Made by a program: the position numbers and the translations under genes
Shown: one piece after another, positions 16,800-26,500 of the stretch
How positions within the stretch are numbered: position 1 is the first letter of the stretch
Layout: every line of letters starts with the position of its first letter
Notes under the pieces: generated by a model
Database searches by the model: none
Told to the model about the DNA's origin: nothing
The model's input: only the letters and a program-made list of their open reading frames with translations
DNA from: a virus
IMG/VR virus record: IMGVR_UViG_3300049830_000285
Location: 32,001-96,000 of that record
Reading direction: 5' to 3' (one strand)
DNA: 64,000 nucleotides

Positions 16800-18214
16800 A
16801 CAACAACGACCACCACAACAAAGAAAATTTCTCAACAAAACTGCTAAGGGAAATGTGGGAATTTATATTTCACAAACACGATTCCCCCCATTGTGGTTGC
16901 CCTCCTCACTGCGGCGAACCCCCTCATTGTGGCGAACCCCCTCACTGCGGTTGTCCCCCTGACGGTGGCGGCATAAACATTGGTTGTGCTTTTGCTTTAT
17001 TTTTGTTTTGGTTTTGGCTGCCAGTGATGATGTTTGTTATGAAACTTGGAAGTAAATCAAATAAAAAAAAAGATGAAGAAATTAAAGTAAAGCCAAAAGT
17101 TGCTTTTATTAGTGTTTATAACACTCCATGCGGTATATCAACATACAACGAACAATTGATAAAACAATTGAGAAAGCATGCTGATGTTCATGTGTTCGCT
17201 GAATATGCCGATGATGAAAAAAATATCAGCATAGAAGGCGACCCCGATTTTGTAACTCGTTGTTGGAGTCGGACTGAGCACCCTAAAACAAAATTAATGT
17301 TTGCAGTGGATAACTGGAAACCAGATTTGATTCATTTTGGTCATGAATATGGTTTTTTTGCCAAAGCCTATTTGTTCACGTCTCTTGTTTCTTGGTTCAA
17401 AGCACACAAATATATTGTTATAGCAACAATGCATTCTATTTATGAGCACAGAGATAAAACTGTTCAAGAGGCGAGTGGTCAAATTATTATCACACATACA
17501 GAGTCTGGTAAAAAATGTCTAACAGATAAAGGAATAGACCCGTCTATTATCACCGTCATTCCACATGGCTCCAATGTTTTAGATGGTGATGCTGGTAATC
17601 CGAAGTTACTACCAGCACTCTGGAACACATGGCAGAACGAACATACAATTTTTCAACCCGGTTTTCTGTTTGACTACAAGGGTCATATTAGGATGCTTGG
17701 TGTGATAGCTGAGTTGAAAGAAAAATACCCAGATATTCATTACATTATTCAAGGTTCTGAAAACCCAAATAACATGAAGGAACACGACAGGGTATTTCAA
17801 CGATTAGTTTCAGAATGTAAACGATTGAATATAGAGGAAAACGTTACCATCAATCGAGGCTTTGTGAGCGAAGATGTATTGATGTCGTTTGTTCGCACCA
17901 CCAAAGTATGTGTTTTGCCATATATTAGCCATCCCGAGCACGATGTTTGCTCTACATCTGGTATTGCCAGAGTAGTAGTCGGGACTGAAATACCGCTAAT
18001 CACAACCAAAGTACATCTTTTTGATGATGTTGCTGGCATAGCCACTCAAGTAGGGAATGACCATGAACTGTATAATGCTATTGATGATGTATTTAGCAAC
18101 CCGCAAGCGCAAGGCGCTGCGAACAATGCTCGCGTGGAATTTTTGAAACAAACCAATTGGGATAATGTTGCAAAAATGCACTTTGACTTGTATACAAAGG
18201 TTATAAAGGGCTAA
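16796..18214 (+). CDS. Glycosyltransferase, GT-B (GT4-like), with N-terminal His/Cys repeats and TM segment
   Basis: CGISTY, DLIHFGHEYG, IPHG, PGFL..YKG, VLPY and G.PLITT motifs. ATGA overlap with upstream gene. Confidence 0.8.
   Translation: MNNNDHHNKENFSTKLLREMWEFIFHKHDSPHCGCPPHCGEPPHCGEPPHCGCPPDGGGINIGCAFALFLFWFWLPVMMFVMKLGSKSNKKKDEEIKVKPKVAFISVYNTPCGISTYNEQLIKQLRKHADVHVFAEYADDEKNISIEGDPDFVTRCWSRTEHPKTKLMFAVDNWKPDLIHFGHEYGFFAKAYLFTSLVSWFKAHKYIVIATMHSIYEHRDKTVQEASGQIIITHTESGKKCLTDKGIDPSIITVIPHGSNVLDGDAGNPKLLPALWNTWQNEHTIFQPGFLFDYKGHIRMLGVIAELKEKYPDIHYIIQGSENPNNMKEHDRVFQRLVSECKRLNIEENVTINRGFVSEDVLMSFVRTTKVCVLPYISHPEHDVCSTSGIARVVVGTEIPLITTKVHLFDDVAGIATQVGNDHELYNAIDDVFSNPQAQGAANNARVEFLKQTNWDNVAKMHFDLYTKVIKG
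16883..16960 (+). repeat. In-frame 18-nt tandem repeat x4 encoding (S/P)PHCG(C/E)
   Basis: tccccccattgtggttgc cctcctcactgcggcgaa ccccctcattgtggcgaa ccccctcactgcggttgt. Confidence 0.85.
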
Positions 18215-18222
18215 AACATGAA
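18198..18222 (+). promoter_or_regulatory. AGG-N18-NGAA motif
   Basis: AGG 18198-200, TGAA 18219-22, ATG 18241. Confidence 0.55.
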
Positions 18223-18240
18223 ATATTGTGTGGTGATGTC

Positions 18241-18675
18241 ATGAAAAGAAAAGAAGTTATTGCTACGTTGATTCATATTTCTGATGATTTAGATAGCATG
18301 GGAATGTTTGATGATGCAGATTCGCTAACCCGTTTTGCACAAGCTTGGGGCGAATTAGGGATGCACGATGTAGAATCGAATCCAGATAACGATGCCGCAG
18401 AGCATGGATTTATGGGCGAGCATCAATATGAACAAGAGCAAAAATTAATGAATGAAATGAACAATGAAGATGCATTGATGACTCTTGATGCACGCATTAA
18501 GGAACTTCAACATAAACCAGCTCCAACAATGGAAGAAATTCACGAATTAGAATCTCTGTTGGATTATCGAATGGGCGACGGATTTGATTCTTCAAATGTA
18601 TCTTCTCCGCACAAACACGATGAATCCGGTTTTGTCAATGAATTGCAAAACGCGGGCGCTAAAGTAATTAACTAA
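18241..18675 (+). CDS. Acidic protein with ISDDLD-type leader (candidate internal head protein)
   Basis: N-terminus MKRKEVIATLIHISDDLDSMGMFDDADSLTRFAQ. Confidence 0.65.
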   Translation: MKRKEVIATLIHISDDLDSMGMFDDADSLTRFAQAWGELGMHDVESNPDNDAAEHGFMGEHQYEQEQKLMNEMNNEDALMTLDARIKELQHKPAPTMEEIHELESLLDYRMGDGFDSSNVSSPHKHDESGFVNELQNAGAKVIN

Positions 18676-18998
18676 GTGTTGATATCACCAAGACCAAGCC
18701 AAAAATCTTCATCGAAAGGTGGAGATTCAACACTTTGTTTTTCAGACTCTGATTGACTAAAAACTTGTTCATTTGTTGTGGTGTCAAATCGCAAATCTGA
18801 ATATTTTTCTTTTAAACTTGTCATCATGTCGGCGGTAGCGAGTTTAAAATCAGCATGAGACTGTAATGAAATACACAGCCAATTTATTAAATCTTTTTGC
18901 GAAAAATCAGAAGATTTTCTTGCTCTCATGCCGCGAATCATCTGCATTAATTCATTGGCTTCTTGTCTCATTTTATTAATTGCTTCTTTGGGTTCCAT
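18672..18998 (-). CDS. Hypothetical protein (ends in TAG), last gene of tail operon
   Basis: 108 aa, starts 1 nt after the upstream stop. Confidence 0.7.
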   Translation of the reverse strand: MEPKEAINKMRQEANELMQMIRGMRARKSSDFSQKDLINWLCISLQSHADFKLATADMMTSLKEKYSDLRFDTTTNEQVFSQSESEKQSVESPPFDEDFWLGLGDINT

Positions 18999-18999
18999 A

Positions 19000-19827
19000 T
19001 TAATCCGGTGGTCTATTTGGGTGTCCTATTGGAAAACGATTTTTCCATGTATCAAAATCAAATCCGCTACTATCTTTAATTTCTGGTATATCTATTACAG
19101 TGGTGGAATTGGACGAAACTTGTCTTTCAGTGTAAATACCCATTACGTCAGCTCGCGCCATTCTTACAATTTGCATTCTTTCCCAATCGCCAGCCGTGAT
19201 ATCTTTAAGCTCTTTTAAACTCAATGAACTCCAACCATCGCAAATAGCAATAGTTTCAGGAATAATAGAGGGAATAGGAACACCTTCCTGAGCTTGATTA
19301 TTCAGATATTTTATGGTTGCTTCATAGAGTTTTTGGGCCTCTTGCGTGGTTACACTCGTAATTGCTTTATATTTGTGCCACAGAGCATCTATTACGTCAT
19401 ATTGAAGGCGCTCTAGCACATAACCATCTTTGTTGAAAACAACATTCTGTGATTTTTCATCAGCTATCCAAACAATGGCTCGCGAAAGTGTGTGCCTTCG
19501 TTCATATTCTTCCGAATAATAATCAACATCATTATCTGTTGTGCGAAATGCTTTCAAATCAATATTCATAGCTGTTTGCCAATCTAATTCTGAAACACAA
19601 AAAACAACAATACATTTGTCGATTGGAATATCAAGCAAAAATTGATTATCTATAACATCTGGTAATGTTTTCAGCCATGCTTTGAAATCTAGCTGCATGA
19701 CGACTGGTTCTATTGCTTCAGGGGGTGCGGTAGATTCTCGCTGCAAATCAATAGGCTTGTTGGTTTGTGCCATCTTTGACCTACCAAGCATATTTTGCAT
19801 ATTTTTGATTACTTCTTGTTCATCCAT
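19000..19827 (-). CDS. Possible tail/baseplate assembly chaperone
   Basis: 275 aa acidic helical protein, coupled to tail-tube-like gene. Assignment is mostly positional. Confidence 0.4.
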   Translation of the reverse strand: MDEQEVIKNMQNMLGRSKMAQTNKPIDLQRESTAPPEAIEPVVMQLDFKAWLKTLPDVIDNQFLLDIPIDKCIVVFCVSELDWQTAMNIDLKAFRTTDNDVDYYSEEYERRHTLSRAIVWIADEKSQNVVFNKDGYVLERLQYDVIDALWHKYKAITSVTTQEAQKLYEATIKYLNNQAQEGVPIPSIIPETIAICDGWSSLSLKELKDITAGDWERMQIVRMARADVMGIYTERQVSSNSTTVIDIPEIKDSSGFDFDTWKNRFPIGHPNRPPD

Positions 19828-21038
19828 TAGCTTTCTTCCGTATTGCCATCTTCGCTAGTATCTAAAATGACAGTTCCTAAATCAAATTCAGAAACTGGTA
19901 AATCGCTTGTTTTGAATCCCATTTGTATTGCATTGTCGGCTGCGCGAGCAATAAAGTTATACAAGTGATACCAACCCTGACCTGGAATTTGTTTAACAAT
20001 AGGTTTTTGCCATTCAATATTAGACATTGGGAATAAAAACGGCCCACCAAAATACATAGTTAAAGCGCCAGTGTCTGCATTGGTACTTGAAGTCCCCACC
20101 ATAATGGTGTGATTCCTGGAAAAATAGGAAATACTGCCGCTTACTTTACGATTTTTAATTTCAGCAAATCGCGGCCCGTCGGAATCACTATGAGCGCCTT
20201 TGTTACCAGTGAAAACAAAATCAACATCTTGCGTCATGGATAGTTTCATTTCTATAATTCGCATTGATGGTGATTCTTTTTCTAATTCATAAAATGGGAC
20301 TAAGTAGTCTTTCAAAGATTGTAAATCAGTAAAAATATCTTGGGCAGACATGCAATCAATCATACTTGCAGTCCTGTATGCTTGATAATCAGTGGTACCG
20401 CTGTAATCAATAGTGATGGGCGTCACGATATCCATTATTGGTGATTTAATAGCTTTACCACCAGCAAATTCAACATCAATATTTACGGGTGATAAACCAC
20501 CCTCTCCGCTGACAGAAAAAGAAACGCGCTTGAAAAATACCGGCCCGAACATATTTCTACTCAACAATGTAGTGCTCAACATCATTGGCATGGCTGGGAA
20601 CAATACACTTTGCCAAATAGCATATTCTGCGTCATATGTTTCTGCATTTTGATTACCATTAATATCAAAATTTGGTACAAGCGGGCTAAATTCAAATGAA
20701 CCAGTATAAACATGTGCAGTTGCATCGAGATAATTGAATGGCGACACGGTAAAAATGGTTGGTAGCGTTTTGTATAGTCCCTCGCCCTCATCATCATTAT
20801 AGGATTTCAGCCACATTTTGTTCCAAAATGGGTCGCCTTTCTTGATTTTTGAAAAAACACCACGATTGCCAAGTCCCCTTAAATCCCATGTGTATACTTC
20901 TCTAACAGCATCTGGATTATTTCGATATAATCCCGCCGTGACTTGATTCGGGTCGCTCCATATGCTGGAATCTTTTTCTGTCAGTGACATAACGAAGACA
21001 AGATTTTTAGATGCTGGTATGTGAGTAGTTGTTGGCAT
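19827..21038 (-). CDS. Tail-tube-like protein (paralog 1)
   Basis: C-terminal RKVSGSISY...LTMYFGG..F.MSNIEW resembles tail tube folds and the 21451 gene. Confidence 0.5.
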   Translation of the reverse strand: MPTTTHIPASKNLVFVMSLTEKDSSIWSDPNQVTAGLYRNNPDAVREVYTWDLRGLGNRGVFSKIKKGDPFWNKMWLKSYNDDEGEGLYKTLPTIFTVSPFNYLDATAHVYTGSFEFSPLVPNFDINGNQNAETYDAEYAIWQSVLFPAMPMMLSTTLLSRNMFGPVFFKRVSFSVSGEGGLSPVNIDVEFAGGKAIKSPIMDIVTPITIDYSGTTDYQAYRTASMIDCMSAQDIFTDLQSLKDYLVPFYELEKESPSMRIIEMKLSMTQDVDFVFTGNKGAHSDSDGPRFAEIKNRKVSGSISYFSRNHTIMVGTSSTNADTGALTMYFGGPFLFPMSNIEWQKPIVKQIPGQGWYHLYNFIARAADNAIQMGFKTSDLPVSEFDLGTVILDTSEDGNTEES

Positions 21039-21433
21039 TATTCTTTTCCGCTTGTCATTTTAAGCCATTTTTTAGCTAAGGCTCGCACTAAAGTGTCGTG
21101 CATTTTGCCAACAATATGATTTTCTATTGGAATCATTTGATTATTTGAATCATACAAATTCCATTCTTTAAAAAATCTCAAAACAATAGAACGATAAAAC
21201 ACAGCTCGTCTCACTAAGGTGTCGCCGTTAATGTGATTAATGATAGAAGCATTTTCTAATATTCTTGACATATTATCAAAATCTCTTCCAATCACTGAAC
21301 AATTTAAGGTTTTAGCATTAACATCAGTATCATCTGGTAGCATGACAACTGCAATTAATTTACCTGATTTGTCAACAATGGATTTAAAATACACTGTTAA
21401 TTCAAATGGGTCATCGGAAACAAATACAGACAT
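21038..21433 (-). CDS. Putative tail assembly chaperone
   Basis: 131 aa between two tube-like genes, F.KEWNL pattern, SD present. Confidence 0.4.
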   Translation of the reverse strand: MSVFVSDDPFELTVYFKSIVDKSGKLIAVVMLPDDTDVNAKTLNCSVIGRDFDNMSRILENASIINHINGDTLVRRAVFYRSIVLRFFKEWNLYDSNNQMIPIENHIVGKMHDTLVRALAKKWLKMTSGKE

Positions 21434-21450
21434 ATTATCCTTATACGTGT

Positions 21451-22821
21451 TTATGGTTGTGTCGAGTAATCAAGTCTTGGCATATCGTCATAATTTTCAG
21501 CTAACATGCTCCATTCTAATTTACGGTCTACATCACTTTCTGCTTTACCCGAGCCCTTAGATGGAGTCCACGCAACTTCATTGATAGTAATTTGAAAACC
21601 ACCAAAATTAATATTGATACCACCCTTGTTAATACCCGATGGGCCAGCCAATCTTTCAAGCACAGACCATGCATCTAAGGGTGATTTATATGAAATAGTT
21701 CCAGTGATAGTTCTCCCCTCGGAATACAATGATGTAGGGTGATTATTTTCATCATGTCGCTTGGCAGTATTGGTTGCTAATGAATGTGACGTGTAAACGT
21801 CACTCAAATGATTATCTACAACAATACTAATTCCAGTTACAGTAACCGGATGAATGTTTAGCCCTTGATATCCGCCAAATAATTCATTACCAAGTGCCAC
21901 ACCCAACCCAAAAGCGCCAGAAGTGGGAGTTGGAGATGATAGAGTTAGTTCTGAACCAAAAATCAATCGTCCTAAACCCTTTGCTCCCATACTTGTTAGC
22001 AAAGCTTGCTGAACAGCCTTTAGGTCAACTTGTGCTTTTCGAAATGTATTAATATGAGCCAACTCAACATTAAGGTCAATGGATGATTTTAAATCTGAAG
22101 CCTCAATAGTCAATTTGTTAACCAAACATGGAGTCAACATGCCTTCTCTTAAAGACATTAATGAAAAATCAGGCTCTCTTTCTGGCCCTGCGAGCATTGG
22201 TGCAAACGATAGTAATGTTTGCTGAGTGGTATGATTGTATTGTGTCGGATTGATTAGTACAATCTTTCTATCTGCTTTTGAAATTGAATCTACCGTTACT
22301 GTTTCATATTCCTCGCCGCTACCGTCTAATGGGATAATTGTAATCGGAAAGGGAGTAACAAATGTTAAAAAATCAGCAATATTATCTGTGTAAATTTCAG
22401 ATTGACCAGACGTGATAATCGTATCTCCTATGGGTGATATTAGTCTCCCGACTGAAGCTGTCGCGCTACCCCACCACGCTTGTTTACATAAATCCCACAG
22501 AAGCGCTATAACTGGGTCAACCCAACCTTCTGTTGGAATTATGATTGGTACAAGCACATTTGTGCGAGATTTGCGAACACCAATCTGAATGGTTGCTGAT
22601 TCAGCCCCTTCACCCGCTAATCGACTTTGATAGGCGGAGCTTTGCGATAGATTAAAGTCAAAAGATTTTGCTGGAATGACATTATTGGGTTTGATATCAT
22701 TCACATTAAACGTGAAATTATTTTCATTAGGATTATTTTTCAATATTGCCAACAAATCAGTAAAGCCTTGGTCAAAACCAAGGCTCGAATAAAGACTTTG
22801 CATTTCTGAATAATCACTCAT
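21451..22821 (-). CDS. Tail-tube-like protein (paralog 2)
   Basis: C-terminal RTITGTISY...ININFGGFQITINEVAW parallels the 19827 gene. Confidence 0.5.
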   Translation of the reverse strand: MSDYSEMQSLYSSLGFDQGFTDLLAILKNNPNENNFTFNVNDIKPNNVIPAKSFDFNLSQSSAYQSRLAGEGAESATIQIGVRKSRTNVLVPIIIPTEGWVDPVIALLWDLCKQAWWGSATASVGRLISPIGDTIITSGQSEIYTDNIADFLTFVTPFPITIIPLDGSGEEYETVTVDSISKADRKIVLINPTQYNHTTQQTLLSFAPMLAGPEREPDFSLMSLREGMLTPCLVNKLTIEASDLKSSIDLNVELAHINTFRKAQVDLKAVQQALLTSMGAKGLGRLIFGSELTLSSPTPTSGAFGLGVALGNELFGGYQGLNIHPVTVTGISIVVDNHLSDVYTSHSLATNTAKRHDENNHPTSLYSEGRTITGTISYKSPLDAWSVLERLAGPSGINKGGININFGGFQITINEVAWTPSKGSGKAESDVDRKLEWSMLAENYDDMPRLDYSTQP

Positions 22822-25631
22822 TATGGCGCTGTCTCCACCGTAATTAAATCATATACACTCCAGTCAATAGAACCATCTGTCATCAGGCGCAAATTGGCAC
22901 CTGGAACCACTTGAATATCATCAACTCTATCATATAAATCAGAAGCTCCGCCCAATAAAAATCTAGTATCGCGAGATGTTCCACGAGGAATGGTGACGGT
23001 GGGAAGTTGCACCACTTTTCCTGTAGCACCGAGGCGGGCTTTCACTGTTACCAAAAGTTCATTTTTCGTACTAGTGTCTTCACTTGATTCCACATTTTCC
23101 CCAGATTGAGATACGCTTGGGAGTCTTCCACGGTCGGAAGTAATTTCAACGGCTGGTACATAAACAGATAATCTGCGCCCTGTCTGAGCCTTGTTGTTGG
23201 TTAGGCGAATACCACGCCTGGTTAAGTATAATCCAGTTCTTCCGTAATCCAACCAGCCGAGTAAGCGCAAATATGCTGTTTTATTATTTTGAAGTGTCCA
23301 AGTGCCAGTGTTATTTTGTTCACCATCTGGTGCATAACCATATTGACCAGTGACAACTGAAGTGCTGATATATGTACTGATTCTAGCACCAACAGGCGGG
23401 CTGCTTCGCCCAATGACAATCCAATAAGTAGAACCGCCTGATAATACGTAATCAAACTGACTTGTGTAGAAGGCAGGAGAGGTGGTTAAGTCTTTAAAAT
23501 AGATTGGTGTTCCAGCAGCGACAACTGCGCCTGGGCTGCCAGCATTATTTGCGTGCAAATGAATTGTCAGAAAATCATTGTCATTTCTAACAGAACTAGT
23601 TTTTCTAAGTTTTAAACGTAATCCGCCGAGCTGAGTCCCGCTAAACGATGATATTTTAATTGTCTCCGCTTGAGCATGCAATAATTCATCTGCATTCAAT
23701 GTTGGGGTAACACGCACTTTTGTTCCACTCACTTCACCGGGCACAATACCACTCGAATAAGCGCCTCTATGTAAATATATATTTGAACTTGGTGTAGCAG
23801 AGCGACCAATGACAATCCAATATGTCCCGGCAACTAATGTATAAGCCAAGGCTTTATTGAATACTGTATAACCAGTTCCGATTTCGCTGAACAAAATGTT
23901 TTCTCCCTGTTTCATAAACGCACCGGGTTCTCCAGCGGAATCTGCCACTAGGTTTAGTGTGAGATAATCTGTTCCAGTTCCAGTTAATGCGAGAGAAGAT
24001 TTAATTTCTAATTCTATTTCCGTGATAGGAGTGGTGCCACCAACGGTAAATTTAAACGCATCATATGTATTACCAAGTCTTTCTTCTACACTCATTGTAT
24101 CAGTTGGAATGGCAAAAGAACCACTACCAGTTACAGTTCCAACGGTAGTTAATCTTGCCTCTGTTTGGTCTCCAGCTACAGTTGCTCTTCGATAAATATG
24201 ATAAAAGAGAGCACCAGGCACAGAAGACCATGTGAGTTCATTGACAAAATAATTCGAAGAATTTGTATCCGTCGTAGTTACAATATAGCTCGCTGGAGTT
24301 TCTCCATAAGTTGACCCAGACGGTAACACTGCGGAAACTCCGTATACATAAGTTCCTCTTCTTAGAGTTGATGGCACAGATGTAGATGTAAAATTGTGTG
24401 TAGCTAACCCAGAAACTTGTGAATTATTGATTAATGGATTCGTTAAATCATATAAATCGCCTCTAAAAATTCCAAAAGTGTGTTGCAAATCATCGTTATT
24501 GAAGTCGTAATATGCTTTTTTGAATGATTCCGGGAATTCCATCCTTTCAAGGTCATAAAAACTAACACCACGGGCAAAATATGAATTCGCTCTAAATGGC
24601 TGACTGCCCCAATATTGTCTAAAGCTCGGGTTATTGTTCGTGGCAATAGAGTTCGTATAATCTGTTAATGCTGCAATTGCATCACCAAATGATATAGTTT
24701 GTTTAACTTGTTTAAGATTAGCTCTTGATGCTGTGACGATTTTCAAAATAGTCTTAGCGTCACTGGATTCAAAAACAGTAGCATCAGAAGGCCATTCCGA
24801 AACTGTACTTGATATATACGCCGCAGTTGGAGCGACGATATTTGTTGCAATAGTTGGGGCTGTAACCAAAACATTTGCGATTGGCAGCCAATCAGAAGGC
24901 ATTGGGGGATAATATGAAAATACATCCGGGTCTGTCCCCGATGAAACAACTGGTATACCAACTATTGATTGCACCCTTGGCTCATATATGAAATATACTC
25001 GCGTATTTTGCGGAAATATATCACCTAAAATACCATAATTAACTCCATCGGGTGTAAAGCTTGGGTCAACTTGTAATGCAGTTCCATTTGAATTAAAACC
25101 ACTAAAAACAACAAATGATGTTCCAACGTGGGCTTTTAATGGAAATCCAAGATTTACAGGCGTTGCCGTGTCTGCTACATACAAAACTTGGTCTGAGCTT
25201 GAAGCGGATTGTGAAACAACTGTTGAATATAGCTGAGATGCTTTTTTAGCTTCAGATAATGGGAAGCCAAGTTTCACTCCATATTGATATGTATTATCAT
25301 ATTGCTTTGCTGTTGCTCGTGCAATTGGAACTCTTTGTGCCTCAACTGATATTCTTTGAGTCTTATATGCGACAGTACCACCGCTTACTGATACAAAAGT
25401 TGGTTCATTGGCGTGGTCGTAAGTAACACTAAAGCCCCGGGGGGAGCTTTCCAAAACACCAAATCTCGGCAATTGATTTGTAGAAGACAGGTCAGATAAC
25501 TGAGCCATTTCAAATAAAGCCGTACCTGGTGTGTCTTCACTACCTATGCCATCTCTGACACCAATATATGCATCACCCACGGCGCGAGCATATTCGACAA
25601 TATATTCTTCGATTCTTGCAGTTGTTGCCAT
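22821..25631 (-). CDS. Large virion structural protein (tail/baseplate) with FN3-like and two repeated beta-sandwich modules
   Basis: 936 aa, Ser/Thr/Gly rich, two ~100-aa repeats ending YWIVIGRS..P. Confidence 0.65.
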   Translation of the reverse strand: MATTARIEEYIVEYARAVGDAYIGVRDGIGSEDTPGTALFEMAQLSDLSSTNQLPRFGVLESSPRGFSVTYDHANEPTFVSVSGGTVAYKTQRISVEAQRVPIARATAKQYDNTYQYGVKLGFPLSEAKKASQLYSTVVSQSASSSDQVLYVADTATPVNLGFPLKAHVGTSFVVFSGFNSNGTALQVDPSFTPDGVNYGILGDIFPQNTRVYFIYEPRVQSIVGIPVVSSGTDPDVFSYYPPMPSDWLPIANVLVTAPTIATNIVAPTAAYISSTVSEWPSDATVFESSDAKTILKIVTASRANLKQVKQTISFGDAIAALTDYTNSIATNNNPSFRQYWGSQPFRANSYFARGVSFYDLERMEFPESFKKAYYDFNNDDLQHTFGIFRGDLYDLTNPLINNSQVSGLATHNFTSTSVPSTLRRGTYVYGVSAVLPSGSTYGETPASYIVTTTDTNSSNYFVNELTWSSVPGALFYHIYRRATVAGDQTEARLTTVGTVTGSGSFAIPTDTMSVEERLGNTYDAFKFTVGGTTPITEIELEIKSSLALTGTGTDYLTLNLVADSAGEPGAFMKQGENILFSEIGTGYTVFNKALAYTLVAGTYWIVIGRSATPSSNIYLHRGAYSSGIVPGEVSGTKVRVTPTLNADELLHAQAETIKISSFSGTQLGGLRLKLRKTSSVRNDNDFLTIHLHANNAGSPGAVVAAGTPIYFKDLTTSPAFYTSQFDYVLSGGSTYWIVIGRSSPPVGARISTYISTSVVTGQYGYAPDGEQNNTGTWTLQNNKTAYLRLLGWLDYGRTGLYLTRRGIRLTNNKAQTGRRLSVYVPAVEITSDRGRLPSVSQSGENVESSEDTSTKNELLVTVKARLGATGKVVQLPTVTIPRGTSRDTRFLLGGASDLYDRVDDIQVVPGANLRLMTDGSIDWSVYDLITVETAP

Positions 25632-26500
25632 TATGTTATCAATGTAATCCCTAAAACTTCACTTAAATATTGCTCTAATCTTGCTGGCATAATATTGCTA
25701 CCACTTTTTTGCCAATAATGTAGAAAATCTGGCTCCCACGTCGGTAGTTGAACCCAAGTGTTTACAATATTTTGTACAGCATTCTCTGAAATATTTACAC
25801 CAGCTATCACATTGTTATAATTCGTAATAGCTGCTGGAATAAGAGTAACACCCATGTTTTCTTCTGCATAACCGCCCCAGCCTCTTGGTTTTCTAACATC
25901 AATTAAGTGTGTTTCTATGCGATTTTTATAGCTTTCATTAGAATCATAATAAGTGATATCCATGATAAAGCGATAGATTTCCAAAATAAAGCCACTACTC
26001 GGTGGCGCGACAGGTGTAATATCTCCATTTTGTAAAGCTGATATTGCTGTGTCGATATCAAAATCTTTATTCATTAATATTCTCGTTCCAGTGCCGTTAG
26101 TGCCGCCTCTTAACAATAGTGGGACAATAGTTGGTGCTGTTGGAGCTGTATTACTTTGCAAAAATATACTACCAAAAGCATAAACATTTTGTAACGGTTC
26201 TGCGCCACCAATATCCAACAATGATGACAGAGATAATCCAGATTCAACAGAGGGAATATTCAATAAGTCTCCCTCTTGTCTGGTGACGCCAATACTTATT
26301 ACCGCTTCCTTGGCATAATTAGTCGTCAATTGTGGTTCAACAGAGGCGTATCCCCAACATAAATCTAAATCCCTGACCGTAAGATTCACACCCATCGCGA
26401 ATTCCTCTAAAGACAATGATGTGTCTTGCGAAGAATAGATTAAATCTCTTCCTCGCAGCATCGAATCTAAAACATTCGCTGTGTATTTATTTGGTGACAT
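25631..26500 (-). CDS. Virion structural protein, hypothetical
   Basis: 289 aa, TAATG-coupled on both sides within the tail operon. Confidence 0.6.
   Translation of the reverse strand: MSPNKYTANVLDSMLRGRDLIYSSQDTSLSLEEFAMGVNLTVRDLDLCWGYASVEPQLTTNYAKEAVISIGVTRQEGDLLNIPSVESGLSLSSLLDIGGAEPLQNVYAFGSIFLQSNTAPTAPTIVPLLLRGGTNGTGTRILMNKDFDIDTAISALQNGDITPVAPPSSGFILEIYRFIMDITYYDSNESYKNRIETHLIDVRKPRGWGGYAEENMGVTLIPAAITNYNNVIAGVNISENAVQNIVNTWVQLPTWEPDFLHYWQKSGSNIMPARLEQYLSEVLGITLIT

Noticed and set aside
19000-19030. Programmed -1 frameshift at C CCA AAT near the end of the chaperone-like gene
   Set aside because: The -1 frame meets TAG immediately, and the downstream gene is in the +1 frame, so no G/GT-type fusion results.
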